NCBI GenBank assembly: GCA_043228905.1
Contig: JBHGNT010000589.1
Coordinates: 1 to 19,825, forward strand
Direction: 5' to 3'
Length of the DNA stretch: 19,825 nucleotides
From: Azolla caroliniana
Lineage: Eukaryota > Plantae > Polypodiophyta
Part shown: one piece after another, positions 10,310 through 19,825 of the stretch
Numbering within the stretch: the first letter of the stretch is position 1
Layout of the letters: each line of letters begins with the position of its first letter
Notes under the pieces: model-generated
Told to the model about the DNA's origin: nothing
Database searches by the model: none
What the model saw: the letters and a program-made list of their open reading frames with translations, nothing else
Translations under genes and position numbers: made by a program

Positions 10310-10621
10310 TAACAATCGACAATGGTTTGGTTCAGTTTTAGAGTGTCAAAACCGAACCGTTTAAAAAAATTCAAATCGTTAAACCATTAAATTGTTAAAA
10401 CCGTGGTTTCATGGTTCGGTTTCAGGTTCCAACTTAGGTCAAATTTCAAATTTCAAATTTAAAAAAAATTAATTTAAAAAAAATATAAAACCATTAAACC
10501 GGTTTCTAACTGTTGGAACCGAACCGAACCGAACCATTAAAAAAACTTGAACTTGAACTGAACCGTTAAGCCGCGGTTTCGTGGTTCGGTTCGGTTCAAA
10601 CCGAACTGTTGCCAACTGTTA
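10310..10621. mobile_element. Non-autonomous hAT-type element / MITE, 312 bp
   Basis: Imperfect 23-bp TIRs: TAACAATCGACAATGGTTTGGTT vs the reverse complement of the right end TAACAGTTGGCAACAGTTCGGTT (17/23, all mismatches transitions). Flanking 8-bp degenerate TSD ACCATCCC (10302..10309) / CCCATTCC (10622..10629). Many subterminal AACCG/CGGTT motifs and an AT-rich core. Confidence 0.82.
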
Positions 10622-11318
10622 CCCATTCCTTCTGACAATGAATTCTTGAGCTATTTCAGGCTGCCATTGCTAACTGAACACACTGAATGGCGATGTTTAT
10701 GGGAAAGTACTCTTTTGCTTGTGGTGATCTTTAATAAAGTTGTGATAAATGTGGTGAATAATGACATTTACACACCATGCCACTGATTAATTACATACTG
10801 GGATCTTCATAAGACAATTACTGCATGCATTCCATGATCTCTAGAAAACTCTCCCATAGCATGACCAGGATGCGGTGCTGGGATTTACATGTAGGGAACT
10901 AGAATCTAAACCCATGACTACAACAGTAAGAAGTGGGCACTCTTTGGCTCAGTGATCAAAATGCATTGCCACTGGATCCGTCCCAGAGAAGCCTCACTAT
11001 AAGTCCTAGAGTAGTGCTATATGGTAAAGCAACATGGCTGCTAGCCTTCCAAGAACCTAATGTCACTAAAAGGTATTATGTTCCTTTCGCACTTCTGTAA
11101 TAGTTTGTAAAACTTTGAGAATTTGGAACAAGGGTGCTCTGACTCCTGGAGCTGGTGAATAGAATTCAACCATATTCAAATGGATGGTATAAAGGCCTCC
11201 AGCTTTTCATACTTTTGGAGAACTTTCAGCTATCAGGTTGAGAATCCCTATTTGCGTACTGAAGATATTAGAAGAGAAGGTTTTCTTTCGCAGTTCCCAC
11301 ACAGAAAGGAGGTTAATA

Positions 11319-13580
11319 ATGGAAAGATATAAACAAGATTGTGCATTTGTATCCTTGCTTAAGATTTGTGCGAAGAAGAAGGATGTTTATAAAGGAATTC
11401 TGCTACATAATGATATTCTTAAAAGAGGTTTACTTGCAAAAAATGCGTATCTAGGAAGTAGTTTGATTAGCATGTATGCTAAATGTGGTATGCTCATGAA
11501 GGCACAAAAAGTACTTGAAGATCTTCCGACTCGAGACATGGTTTGTTGGTCTGCATTAATTTCAGGATATGCTCAGCATGGCCGAGGTCACGATGCACTA
11601 GTTTGTTTTGAATGTATGCAAAGTGATGGTTTCCATGCTGATGTGGTTACTTTTGTTTGTGTATTGAAAGCATGTGGTAGTATTAAGGCTATCAGAAAGG
11701 GCAAACAAATTCATGAGGAGATTGTAAATAGAGGATTGCTGAAGCAAGATGTTATAGTTGGTACTGCACTGGTTGATATGTATGCCAAATGTGGTATGCT
11801 TGTAAGATCACAAAGTGTTCTCGAAGAGATTCTTGTTCGGAATGTAGTCTCATGGAATGCATTGATTTCAGGGTATGTTCAGCAAGGAGAATATCATGAT
11901 GCATTGAACTGTTTCGAACAGATGCGAATCGAGGGCCTCTCGCCAAATGTTATCACTTTCACTTGCATCTTAAAGGCGTGTGGAAATATAGGATCTGTAG
12001 ATAAAGGAAACAATATTCACACAGAGATTTCGGATAGAGGTTTATTAAAGAAGGATATTGTGCTTGGTACGGCTTTGGTAGAGATGTACGCCAAATGTGG
12101 TGTTCTTGAAAAAGCGGAAACGGTTCTTGAAGAGATTTCTATTCGAGATGTGGTCGCTTGGAATGCATTGCTTGTTGGGTATGCCCAACATGGGCAAAAC
12201 AATAAGACAATTAACTCATTTGGACGGATGCAAAACGAGGGAATGTGGCCAGATGTGATCACATTCATCTGCATCTTGAAGGCATGTGGCGGTATAAGAG
12301 CTATTAATAAAGGGAAACAAATTCATAATAAAATTATGAGCGAAGGTTTGTTGGAGAAAGATCTTATGCTTGGTTCTGCATTAGTGGACATGTATGCCAA
12401 ATGTGGTGTTCTTGAAAGAGCGAGAAAGGTGCTTGAAGAGCTTCCACTACGGAATATAGTCACTTGGAATGCACTGATTTCAGGTTATGCTCAACAGGAT
12501 CAATACCAAGAAGCGCTTTATTCATATGAACGAATGCAAAGTGAGGGTATCTCTCCAGATCAGTTTACCTGCTCTTGCATCATGAAGGTTTGTGGTAGCA
12601 TCGGAGCTATAGATGAGGGTCAAAAAATTCATGATGAAATTTTGAGTAGAGGTTTCCATACAGAGGATACGATGCTACTTAGAACGGCTTTGTTGAATAT
12701 GTATGCCAAATGCGGTATGCTTGCAAAAGCGCAAAACGTGCTTGAGGATCTTCCTATACGAGATGTGGTCTCTTGGTCTGCATTGATTGCAGGGTATGCT
12801 CAACAAGGGCAATGCCATGCAGCATTGAGTTGTTTCGAACGGATGCAAAATGAGGGGCTATCTCCAGATGCAGTCACTTTGACATGTATATTGAACGTGT
12901 GTGGATGCATTGGAGCAGTAGACAAGGGCATCCTTGTTCACCATGAGATTATGAGCAAGGGCTTGCTAGAGAAGCATATCATGCTTGGAAATGCTTTGGT
13001 GGATATGTATGCCAAATGTGGTATGCTTGCAAAAACAACACAAGTTCTCGAAGAAATACCGATTCGAGATGTCATCTCTTGGTCTGCACTTATTTCAGGG
13101 TATGGACACCAGAGGCGTGGTTACGAAGCATTGAAATGTTTTGAAAGGATGCAAAGTGAGGGTATAGCTCCAAATGAGATCACATTCCTGTCTGTCTTGT
13201 GTGCATGCAGTCATTCGGGGCTAGTGGATGAAGCTCAAAGACTATTTCACAGCATGATTAAAAAACATGGTATTACTCCAAGCCTAGAGCACCATACATG
13301 CTTAATAGTGGTTTTTGGATGTGCTGGCATGTTTGATCAGGCAATTTCAGTGATTAAAGTAATGCCATCGCCTGATTCTCTTGATATTTGGGTTGCACTA
13401 TTGGGTACTTGTAAGAAATGGGGAAATGTCAAGCTTGCAAGGCTGGCTTTTGATCAGGTGTTACAAATAGATAGTACTTGTGCTGCAGGTTATGTTCTTA
13501 TGAGTAATATTTTCGTGGATAATGGGTTTTTGGAGGATGCAAGAAAAGTCGAAGAAATTGTATTGAAGTATTGTAGCTAG
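11319..13580 (+). CDS. PLS-class pentatricopeptide repeat protein, E subgroup (putative organellar RNA-editing specificity factor)
   Basis: Uninterrupted ORF; first ATG at 11319 gives 753 aa (the ORF track starts at a TTG, 11238). Motif order (L-S-P)x5-L-S-P2-L2-S2 = 20 motifs with six MYAKCG S motifs, then E1 (IWVALLGTCKKWGNVKLA) and E2 (GYVLMSNIF). It stops before any PG box or DYW domain. The true start could lie in an upstream exon. Confidence 0.95.
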   Translation: MERYKQDCAFVSLLKICAKKKDVYKGILLHNDILKRGLLAKNAYLGSSLISMYAKCGMLMKAQKVLEDLPTRDMVCWSALISGYAQHGRGHDALVCFECMQSDGFHADVVTFVCVLKACGSIKAIRKGKQIHEEIVNRGLLKQDVIVGTALVDMYAKCGMLVRSQSVLEEILVRNVVSWNALISGYVQQGEYHDALNCFEQMRIEGLSPNVITFTCILKACGNIGSVDKGNNIHTEISDRGLLKKDIVLGTALVEMYAKCGVLEKAETVLEEISIRDVVAWNALLVGYAQHGQNNKTINSFGRMQNEGMWPDVITFICILKACGGIRAINKGKQIHNKIMSEGLLEKDLMLGSALVDMYAKCGVLERARKVLEELPLRNIVTWNALISGYAQQDQYQEALYSYERMQSEGISPDQFTCSCIMKVCGSIGAIDEGQKIHDEILSRGFHTEDTMLLRTALLNMYAKCGMLAKAQNVLEDLPIRDVVSWSALIAGYAQQGQCHAALSCFERMQNEGLSPDAVTLTCILNVCGCIGAVDKGILVHHEIMSKGLLEKHIMLGNALVDMYAKCGMLAKTTQVLEEIPIRDVISWSALISGYGHQRRGYEALKCFERMQSEGIAPNEITFLSVLCACSHSGLVDEAQRLFHSMIKKHGITPSLEHHTCLIVVFGCAGMFDQAISVIKVMPSPDSLDIWVALLGTCKKWGNVKLARLAFDQVLQIDSTCAAGYVLMSNIFVDNGFLEDARKVEEIVLKYCS

Positions 13581-15150
13581 TGACAAAACCATGGTGCATT
13601 TCCACACACACACACATCATAACATGCATAAGATGTTCACACATAATTTTCGGATGAGACAGTGGAATAATGCCATTTTTCACGTTCACCCTAAGAACCA
13701 TTGGTAAGGTAACATTGAGATCGATAATGTCGTTGAGAAACTTTCTCCACTATTTGTTTGCATCCTTGAGGTAACGTGTTCAAGGGTTTCCTTCCTTGTG
13801 TATACTATCGATGATACATAAAGAAGAAATAAATCCTTAAAATGTCATTGGAATTATGTTCCCCAAGATAATGCGATTATTTCATTGATCGTGAAAAAGA
13901 TTAATTTGAGAAGTTGTTCATTTTCAATGCCTGGTAGAGCTTGTACCCAATTAATGAACAACACCACCCCCTTGGTAGCCCCCAAAACCGTAGGCACCAT
14001 GGTTACCTTATAATCCGACCCTGTCCATGCCTTATCATCTCCATTTGCCCACCACCACATTCTTCTTACGAAGATTGCCCTATTGACTACCCCATCAACC
14101 ACCTCCCTCTTGGACAACATCCTCCTCAACCACTTGTAGGGCATCCACCCTAAAGTGAAGATGTTAGATTTGAAAGCAACAGAGAACGTTTTCACGTGCA
14201 AAACATGATTGTTACATCCATGATCATAGTAATATTGTTGGACATGTAAACATTCAATGCTAAATATAAACAAATGTGCATATGTACTGGCTAGATGCAA
14301 TGCACTTCTAATCTCTTAGAGATAATTGTCACATAAGCAAAGTTGTGAAATCATGGTAAGACTGTTATTGGAAGAGTCACTAGTTTTAAAGCCTATGCGA
14401 CGATTATTTGGTACATGTCAACCATTCTTCATCTCTTATAATATCTACTTGCTAACCATCATCCTTTACATGAACCATTTTTCTGCAATCTCTTTTGATA
14501 CCTTGTGGCTTCGGAAATGTGGTGTGATAGGAACTAATTACACATATAAGAACCAACACAAATAGTGATTTGGAAATGTCTTGAACTTGATACTTCTTTA
14601 CAATTTATATTGTTGGAACCTCTTAACTAAGACATGAAATTCCTTGCAACTATTGTCATATTCCATTTCAAGAGATGCATGTGTTATGATGAGGTAAGTG
14701 TGTTGCTCTAATAGAGTTACAATCTGATAGTTCCTCACACAATTAATGAGAGGTTCTTATATGTTGATGTTGGGAAACTGAATTCTAAACATGCCAATTA
14801 ACCTGCCTCCATGGAAGGTCTAGAGCAATGCATAAAGTTTTCTATACAATAATCAAACAATCATAGGCATAGAGGAAAGGTTCCATATTTCTCAATGAGA
14901 AAGAAAGAAAGAAAGAAAAGACCAAAATTGGCCCATGAGACAATTGGTTTACAACAAAATGGGGTATTTACCCATTCATCGGAAGTAAAAATAAAATAAA
15001 CTAAAATAGAACTTAAGCTAAAGTGTTCTAGTATTATACAAACACACGTTATGGTGTAACATATTTTATAAAGGAAATGGCTTTATACTAGGCCTAGTTT
15101 CATTTTCATCCAAGTCTCTCAAAAAGAAGCGAGACATCAAAGGGTTTCGA

Positions 15151-15362
15151 TGTGGATGTGGCATGTGGTCCCAATGTAAAAGGCACCCCAACCATAGCTT
15201 CTAGGCGACATAGCTCACGTTCCCTTATCTTCTTAATTGTTTTTACTCAAGGTCAAGTTGCTTCTGTGGATGTGGCATGTGGTCCCAATGTAAAACGTAC
15301 CCCAACCATAGCTTCTAGGCAATGTAGCTCACGTTCCCTTATCTTCTTAATTGTTTTTACTC
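15151..15362. repeat. Direct duplication of a 98-bp segment (period 114 bp)
   Basis: TGTGGATGTGGCATGTGGTCCCAATGTAAAA...TTAATTGTTTTTACTC at 15151..15248 and 15265..15362 with few substitutions. Confidence 0.92.
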
Positions 15363-16169
15363 CATGTCGAGTTGCTTTGAAGCTCTACATCCAAGGGTGT
15401 TTGGTTGTTCTTTGCTTTTATGCTTCAACAAGGGAGAGGCCGAGTGGTGTAGAAATTGGGATAGAAGAGAAATGGAAGAATTGGGAAAAAAAATGAATCA
15501 TAGGTGGTACCAAAGATTGATTTCGTATTATGTTAATCAATTGAAAGAGTGGTTTGGGGGGGGGGGATTCTCATCGTAGGTATTGCAGGGGCAAGATCTT
15601 GAGGGTCTTGTCTATCAACTCAATCTTATGCAAATTATTCTTGTTTGGCTTCCTAGGTGCACAACATAGACCCTCAAAACATTCATGAATGCAATGCACT
15701 TCACTTTCTAATTTACAAATTTGTCCCATGCACTTCACTTCTCAATTTAATAAGGTCAATAAGGTCAGACTCAGGCAAACCCCATGACAAAAAAATTCAG
15801 ATGCGGTACATGTTATATAGGCAACATCCACATTTTTTTGTTATTAAGAGATAGCATTTAGTATAGTTCATATTAAGTTCTGCTCATAGTGCACGAAATT
15901 ATTAAGACATAGCATTCACTATAGTCCACTTTAATTTATTTGTCTTAATGCGGATAACCTTTTTGAAAATTATCTTGTGTTTGTACAAAATAACATTGTT
16001 TAAAAAATGAATAATAAATCAGCTCTCAAGTGTAAAAAAAAAAAGAAAAAAAGAATGAACCAACAATACTTCTATTACTTCCTTGACCTTGTATGCAAGC
16101 CTTTTTAAACATTGATTTGATGACCTTAATTAACTGATATAATTTTCATCAGTTTATTTTTTTTCATCA

Positions 16170-18958
16170 TCAATTTGCTGTCTCTTCGAGCCGCGATCTC
16201 AGCTCCTTCCTTAGTATCTTCCCTGATGGAGACTTTGGAATGCTTTCAACAAAGATAACTTCATGCAATCTCTTGTAAAAGACAACCTGAAATGAGGTAC
16301 AGGGAGCAAAAGATTGTATTAACATTAGCCAGATTGGTATGTCATAAACATATATGTGTGCACATCTGTATGCAAATGTATGTATGTATGAATGTATGTA
16401 TGTATGTATGTATGTATGTATGTATGTATGTATGTATGTGCGGATGTATGTAAATGCATATTTCATATAGAACATCTATGTACATATATGTATGCAAACG
16501 TATATGTGGTGTATGAGGTGACCGTATATGTATGTATCATGTGTGTATATGTCTGTATACATATGCTCACATGTATCTATATATATGTATGCCCGTATAC
16601 CTGTTTTGCAACAAATTCCTTTATGGCTGATTCATCAATCTCTGCATCATGAGCTCTTACAACAAATGCAATTGGCACTTCTCCAGCCACTTCATCTTTC
16701 TTGCTGAAATGGAAGTGTAGATTGATTAATTGCCATACTTTAGAAAATATGCATTTAAGTTAGCAGTTAGCAGAAAGCCTCATTTTTTATCACATGAAAA
16801 GAAACCATAATCATATCTCTCAAGTGTATATAATATACTTACGGAACGCAAGCAGAATCGAGGATCGATGGATGAGATAGTAAAATGGCCTCAAGCTCTG
16901 CAGGGGGGACCTGTGACATATTAAAACACAACAAAGCAGAAAAGAATGTTGTAAAACAATTGATTTAGACCATAACATAGGTGGGATATAAAAGGAAATT
17001 TTACCTGGAAACCTTTGAATTTGATTATCTCTTTTACTCTATCCACGATGAAAACTTCATCATCGTCATCTATAAGCCCAATGTCACCGGTATGCAAAAA
17101 ACCACATTCATCAATGGTATTGGTCGTGGCCTGTGTGTCACCCACATACCCTAAGAAACCATGAAAAAAATACTTTTGCATCAGCACATAGTGTAGATGC
17201 TGATTAGTAATTACACCAAAATCTGATGTAGTGGTAAAGCTTATATAGTTATAACTTTAAGGCATGAATATTCTCAAGAAAAGAAGAGAAATAGCATGAA
17301 TGTGTGTAAGCTATTGAACCTTTCATGATTTGATCTCCTCGGATGCATATTTCACCAGGCATGTTACGAGGTAGGGAAGCGCCAGTTTCAGGATCGATGA
17401 TTTTCACATCCGCATTGCGCACCACAGTACCGCAAGCCCCCGGTTTTACTGGGAATGGATGTTTTGCAAAAGCCAAGCACATCGCCAACACCGGACCAGC
17501 TTCTGTCATCCCATAACCCTGCATAAATTGAAACATACAGGACTTTTTAAGTCGCAAACAGCCATCCCATGAACCAGTAAGCCTTTTGTGTGTTTGTGTA
17601 TATCATTAGCAAGTTTCTAGCTGTATATATAAATTCTACACACTTGCTCATGGTCTATCTTATATTATCATTGATATCGTTACGGTATGGTTAAAGCATT
17701 ATACTAATAACCACACTCTGTCTCTATCTCTCACACACCTGATTACAATTAAAACAGAAACCTAAAAACTGATCCAATTTGAATCAGCTTATACAAAGCC
17801 AGGAAACTTTAATCTACTTCATATTTCTGTTGTGGCACATTTTCAAAGAGAATCGAAAAGCAAGCATTGTTACAGAATTCTAGCCCAACATTATGATGGA
17901 TAAGTTTGAAAGTAAAAAAGGACAGCATATGTAGATCAAACCTGTCCTATAATGGCTTGAGGAACACGAGAATGGAAAGCAGCCTCAAGATCTTTCCCCA
18001 AAGGAGCGGCACCCGACATAAGCATCCGTATACTCGATAGATCATATTTCTCCACAATAGGGTTCTTTGCCAATGCTAACACAATTGGGGGAACCAAAGG
18101 AGCTATAGTGACTTTGTACCTTTGTACCGTGTCCAAGAGCCCAGTGATCTCGAACTTGGTCATAACAGCTATGGTGGCCCCAACCCTCAGGGAGCACAAG
18201 AGAACTGTGTTTAGAGAGTAAATGTGGAACATGGGTAGAACACACAGGATCACATCATTTGGTGTCATGTGTATGTTTGGATTCTCCCCATCGACTTGTT
18301 GCGCAATGCTTGTGACAAGGCTCTTGTGTGTGAGCATTACACCTTTAGGGAGACCAGTTGTGCCAGAAGAGTAAGGCAGGGCAACTAAATCATCTGGTTG
18401 AATGTCCACATGTGGGCATTCACATTCATTGGCATGCATAACATTAGAGATATGGAGATGGCCGGGCACGATCTCATCGGTGGTCATCACTTGGAAGGAG
18501 TGTAGGACAGAATGGGCAACTTCGGAGAGCTTCTCAACAAATGCACCTTGGGTTATGATCATCTTGGCCTTGGATCCAATCACTTGTTTGGTGATCTCTT
18601 GGGATGTGTAGAAAGGATTGCATGTGGTTGCAGCTGCCCCTGCTCTGGCCAGGCCCAAGAAGAGAAGAACAAATTCAACACAATTGGGGAGGAGGAGCAT
18701 TACGACATCGCCTTTGGAAATGTTGAGCTTGGAGAGGCCGGCACAAATGCGGCGAGAGTAAAGCTCGACATCTCGGTACGTGTACATCTTCTCGCCATCG
18801 CTCTGTACCAAGCAAGGCTTCTCCGAGAACAGATCGATGTGTTCAAAGCAGTAGCTGGTTAGTGGGAGATGGTTGGGTATAACAATGTCAGGTAGCTTGG
18901 ACCTAAAGATGTGCTCACCACCATCATCATAGTCACCATGTTCAGCCACATTTTCCAT
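16170..18958 (-). CDS. 4CL: 4-coumarate:CoA ligase (6 exons, 549 aa)
   Basis: Exons: complement(17942..18958, 17320..17518, 17005..17150, 16843..16910, 16601..16703, 16170..16286) = 1017+199+146+68+103+117 = 1650 nt, all GT-AG and in phase. Box [24 protein letters not shown], Box [47 protein letters not shown]. No C-terminal PTS1, which fits a canonical 4CL rather than a peroxisomal 4CL-like enzyme. Confidence 0.97.
16377..16438. repeat. (TATG)n microsatellite in 4CL intron 5, within a longer degenerate TA/TG-rich tract (about 16345..16600)
   Basis: Read directly; one interruption near 16391. Confidence 0.9.
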
Positions 18959-19136
18959 AGTTGGCTTATGTTTTGTGAATGTATATGTATGTTAGTAAGT
19001 TAGTTAGTCTTTAGGTGTAGTGGTTCAAAGCTTGATGAAGTGAGAGGAAATGGCTTAATAAGCACTGCTGAGCTTAAGGTTCATAATCATGGAGATAATG
19101 GGTTGTGTAGAGTGGGAGTGAAACAGGGGATTTGAT

Positions 19137-19148
19137 GATATATATATA
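19137..19148 (-). promoter_or_regulatory. Putative TATA box of 4CL
   Basis: Minus-strand TATATATATAT about 180-190 nt upstream of the ATG, followed about 25-30 nt later by pyrimidine-rich TTTCACTCCC (initiator-like). Confidence 0.5.
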
Positions 19149-19203
19149 CCCTTACAATTTTCCTCTGTTAGTGGAGTGAGTGAGAGGAAGCAGGGGATTC
19201 TCA

Positions 19204-19230
19204 GAAGAAGAAGAAGAAGAAGAAGAAGAA
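19204..19230. repeat. (GAA)9 microsatellite upstream of 4CL
   Basis: Read directly. Confidence 0.93.
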
Positions 19231-19389
19231 AAGGCTGAATTAAGAGATATGCACGCCAGCTGAGCCAACTACCACACACTAACCATAAATGCACAGACAG
19301 AAGACACACACCATTTTTCATGCATTAAATGACCGCTCAAACGGTTAGAGCAGAGTCATGTCTATTATTATGTCAGTCAAGGGGTCAAA

Positions 19390-19590
19390 TGAGTCAAGGA
19401 GTCAAGGAGTCAAGGATAAAGTCATGACTCTCTCTATTGTGTGAGGCCTCACACTCATCACACCACCATTATTAGGATCAAGTCAAGGAGTCGGAACTTC
19501 GAAGAAGAGTCATGAATGAAGTCATGAGTTCTCTCTTATGTGGGTCCTCGCACTCATCGCACCGCCATTAGATTGGAGTCAAGGAGTGGG
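19390..19590. repeat. Degenerate tandem repeat (about 100-bp period) built on GAGTCAAG/GTCATGA motifs
   Basis: AAGTCATGA..CTCTCT..CCTC(A/G)CACTCATC(A/G)CACC(A/G)CCATTA..AGTCAAGGAGT at about 19419 and 19519; internal GAGTCAAG repeats from 19391. Confidence 0.75.
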
Positions 19591-19825
19591 TGTTAGCTTT
19601 GTGAGTCGAGGGTTGAGAGACGGTCATGAGTTGTGAGTTCTCGTCACATGCGTCGTAAGATCCATCACACCGCCTTACGACTCCATGATTGCTTCATTCT
19701 TGCTCAACATCCCCAATCGAGAGAGTTCACCACAATATTGTTTGTGCATTCTTCTGTATGTTACGACTCTTCATGGTTTCGAGCTTATGGGTGTTGATTT
19801 GAGGTTCGTCGCCCCGCATATGGTT

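Noticed and set aside
11238-11318. TTG start given by the ORF track for the PPR
   Set aside because: Eukaryotic context; the first ATG is at 11319 and the extension spans a probable splice acceptor.
13854-14300. 148-aa minus ORF and overlapping 70-aa plus ORF
   Set aside because: No recognisable domain or splice structure; possibly decayed TE sequence, but I cannot assign it.
15556-15566. G11 run (and C15 at 9750..9764) as functional G-quadruplexes
   Set aside because: Isolated homopolymers in repeat-like intergenic DNA; length is error-prone and nothing indicates function.
15152-15579. ORFs with an internally repeated peptide
   Set aside because: By-product of the 114-bp-period duplication (a multiple of 3), GTG start, no other coding evidence.
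18402-18862. Plus-strand ORFs inside 4CL exon 1
   Set aside because: Antisense shadows of a real coding exon; likewise 11752..11946 and 12017..12274 inside the PPR.
3707-18958. RPP2-PPR-4CL as a functional gene cluster
   Set aside because: Unrelated pathways, mixed orientations and TE-filled spacers; an ordinary gene neighbourhood.

Overview
Eukaryotic land-plant nuclear DNA; the PPR and LINE sequence style suggests a fern, which is inference only. There are three intact protein-coding genes. (1) A 3-exon 60S acidic ribosomal protein P2 gene (minus, 3707..5979, 116 aa), with a telo-box, TATA-like box and 5'TOP-like tract upstream. (2) A single-ORF PLS-class PPR protein with 20 PPR motifs plus E1/E2 and no DYW domain (plus, ATG 11319..13580). 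(3) A 6-exon 4-coumarate:CoA ligase gene (minus, 16170..18958, 549 aa). The intergenic DNA is mostly transposon debris. A young 5'-truncated LINE (7560..8551; 13-bp TSD, poly-A) sits antisense inside an older decayed LINE that the ORF track misses (ORF1 zinc knuckle plus endonuclease start). There is also a LINE ORF2 remnant at the left edge, a 312-bp hAT-type MITE, several 52-114 bp tandem duplications and microsatellites. I see no convincing previously undescribed biological system. The best leads are the nested LINEs with a palindromic target, the RPP2 promoter architecture, and a PPR-code-derived editing-target hypothesis. All splicing, translation and alignment was done by eye.
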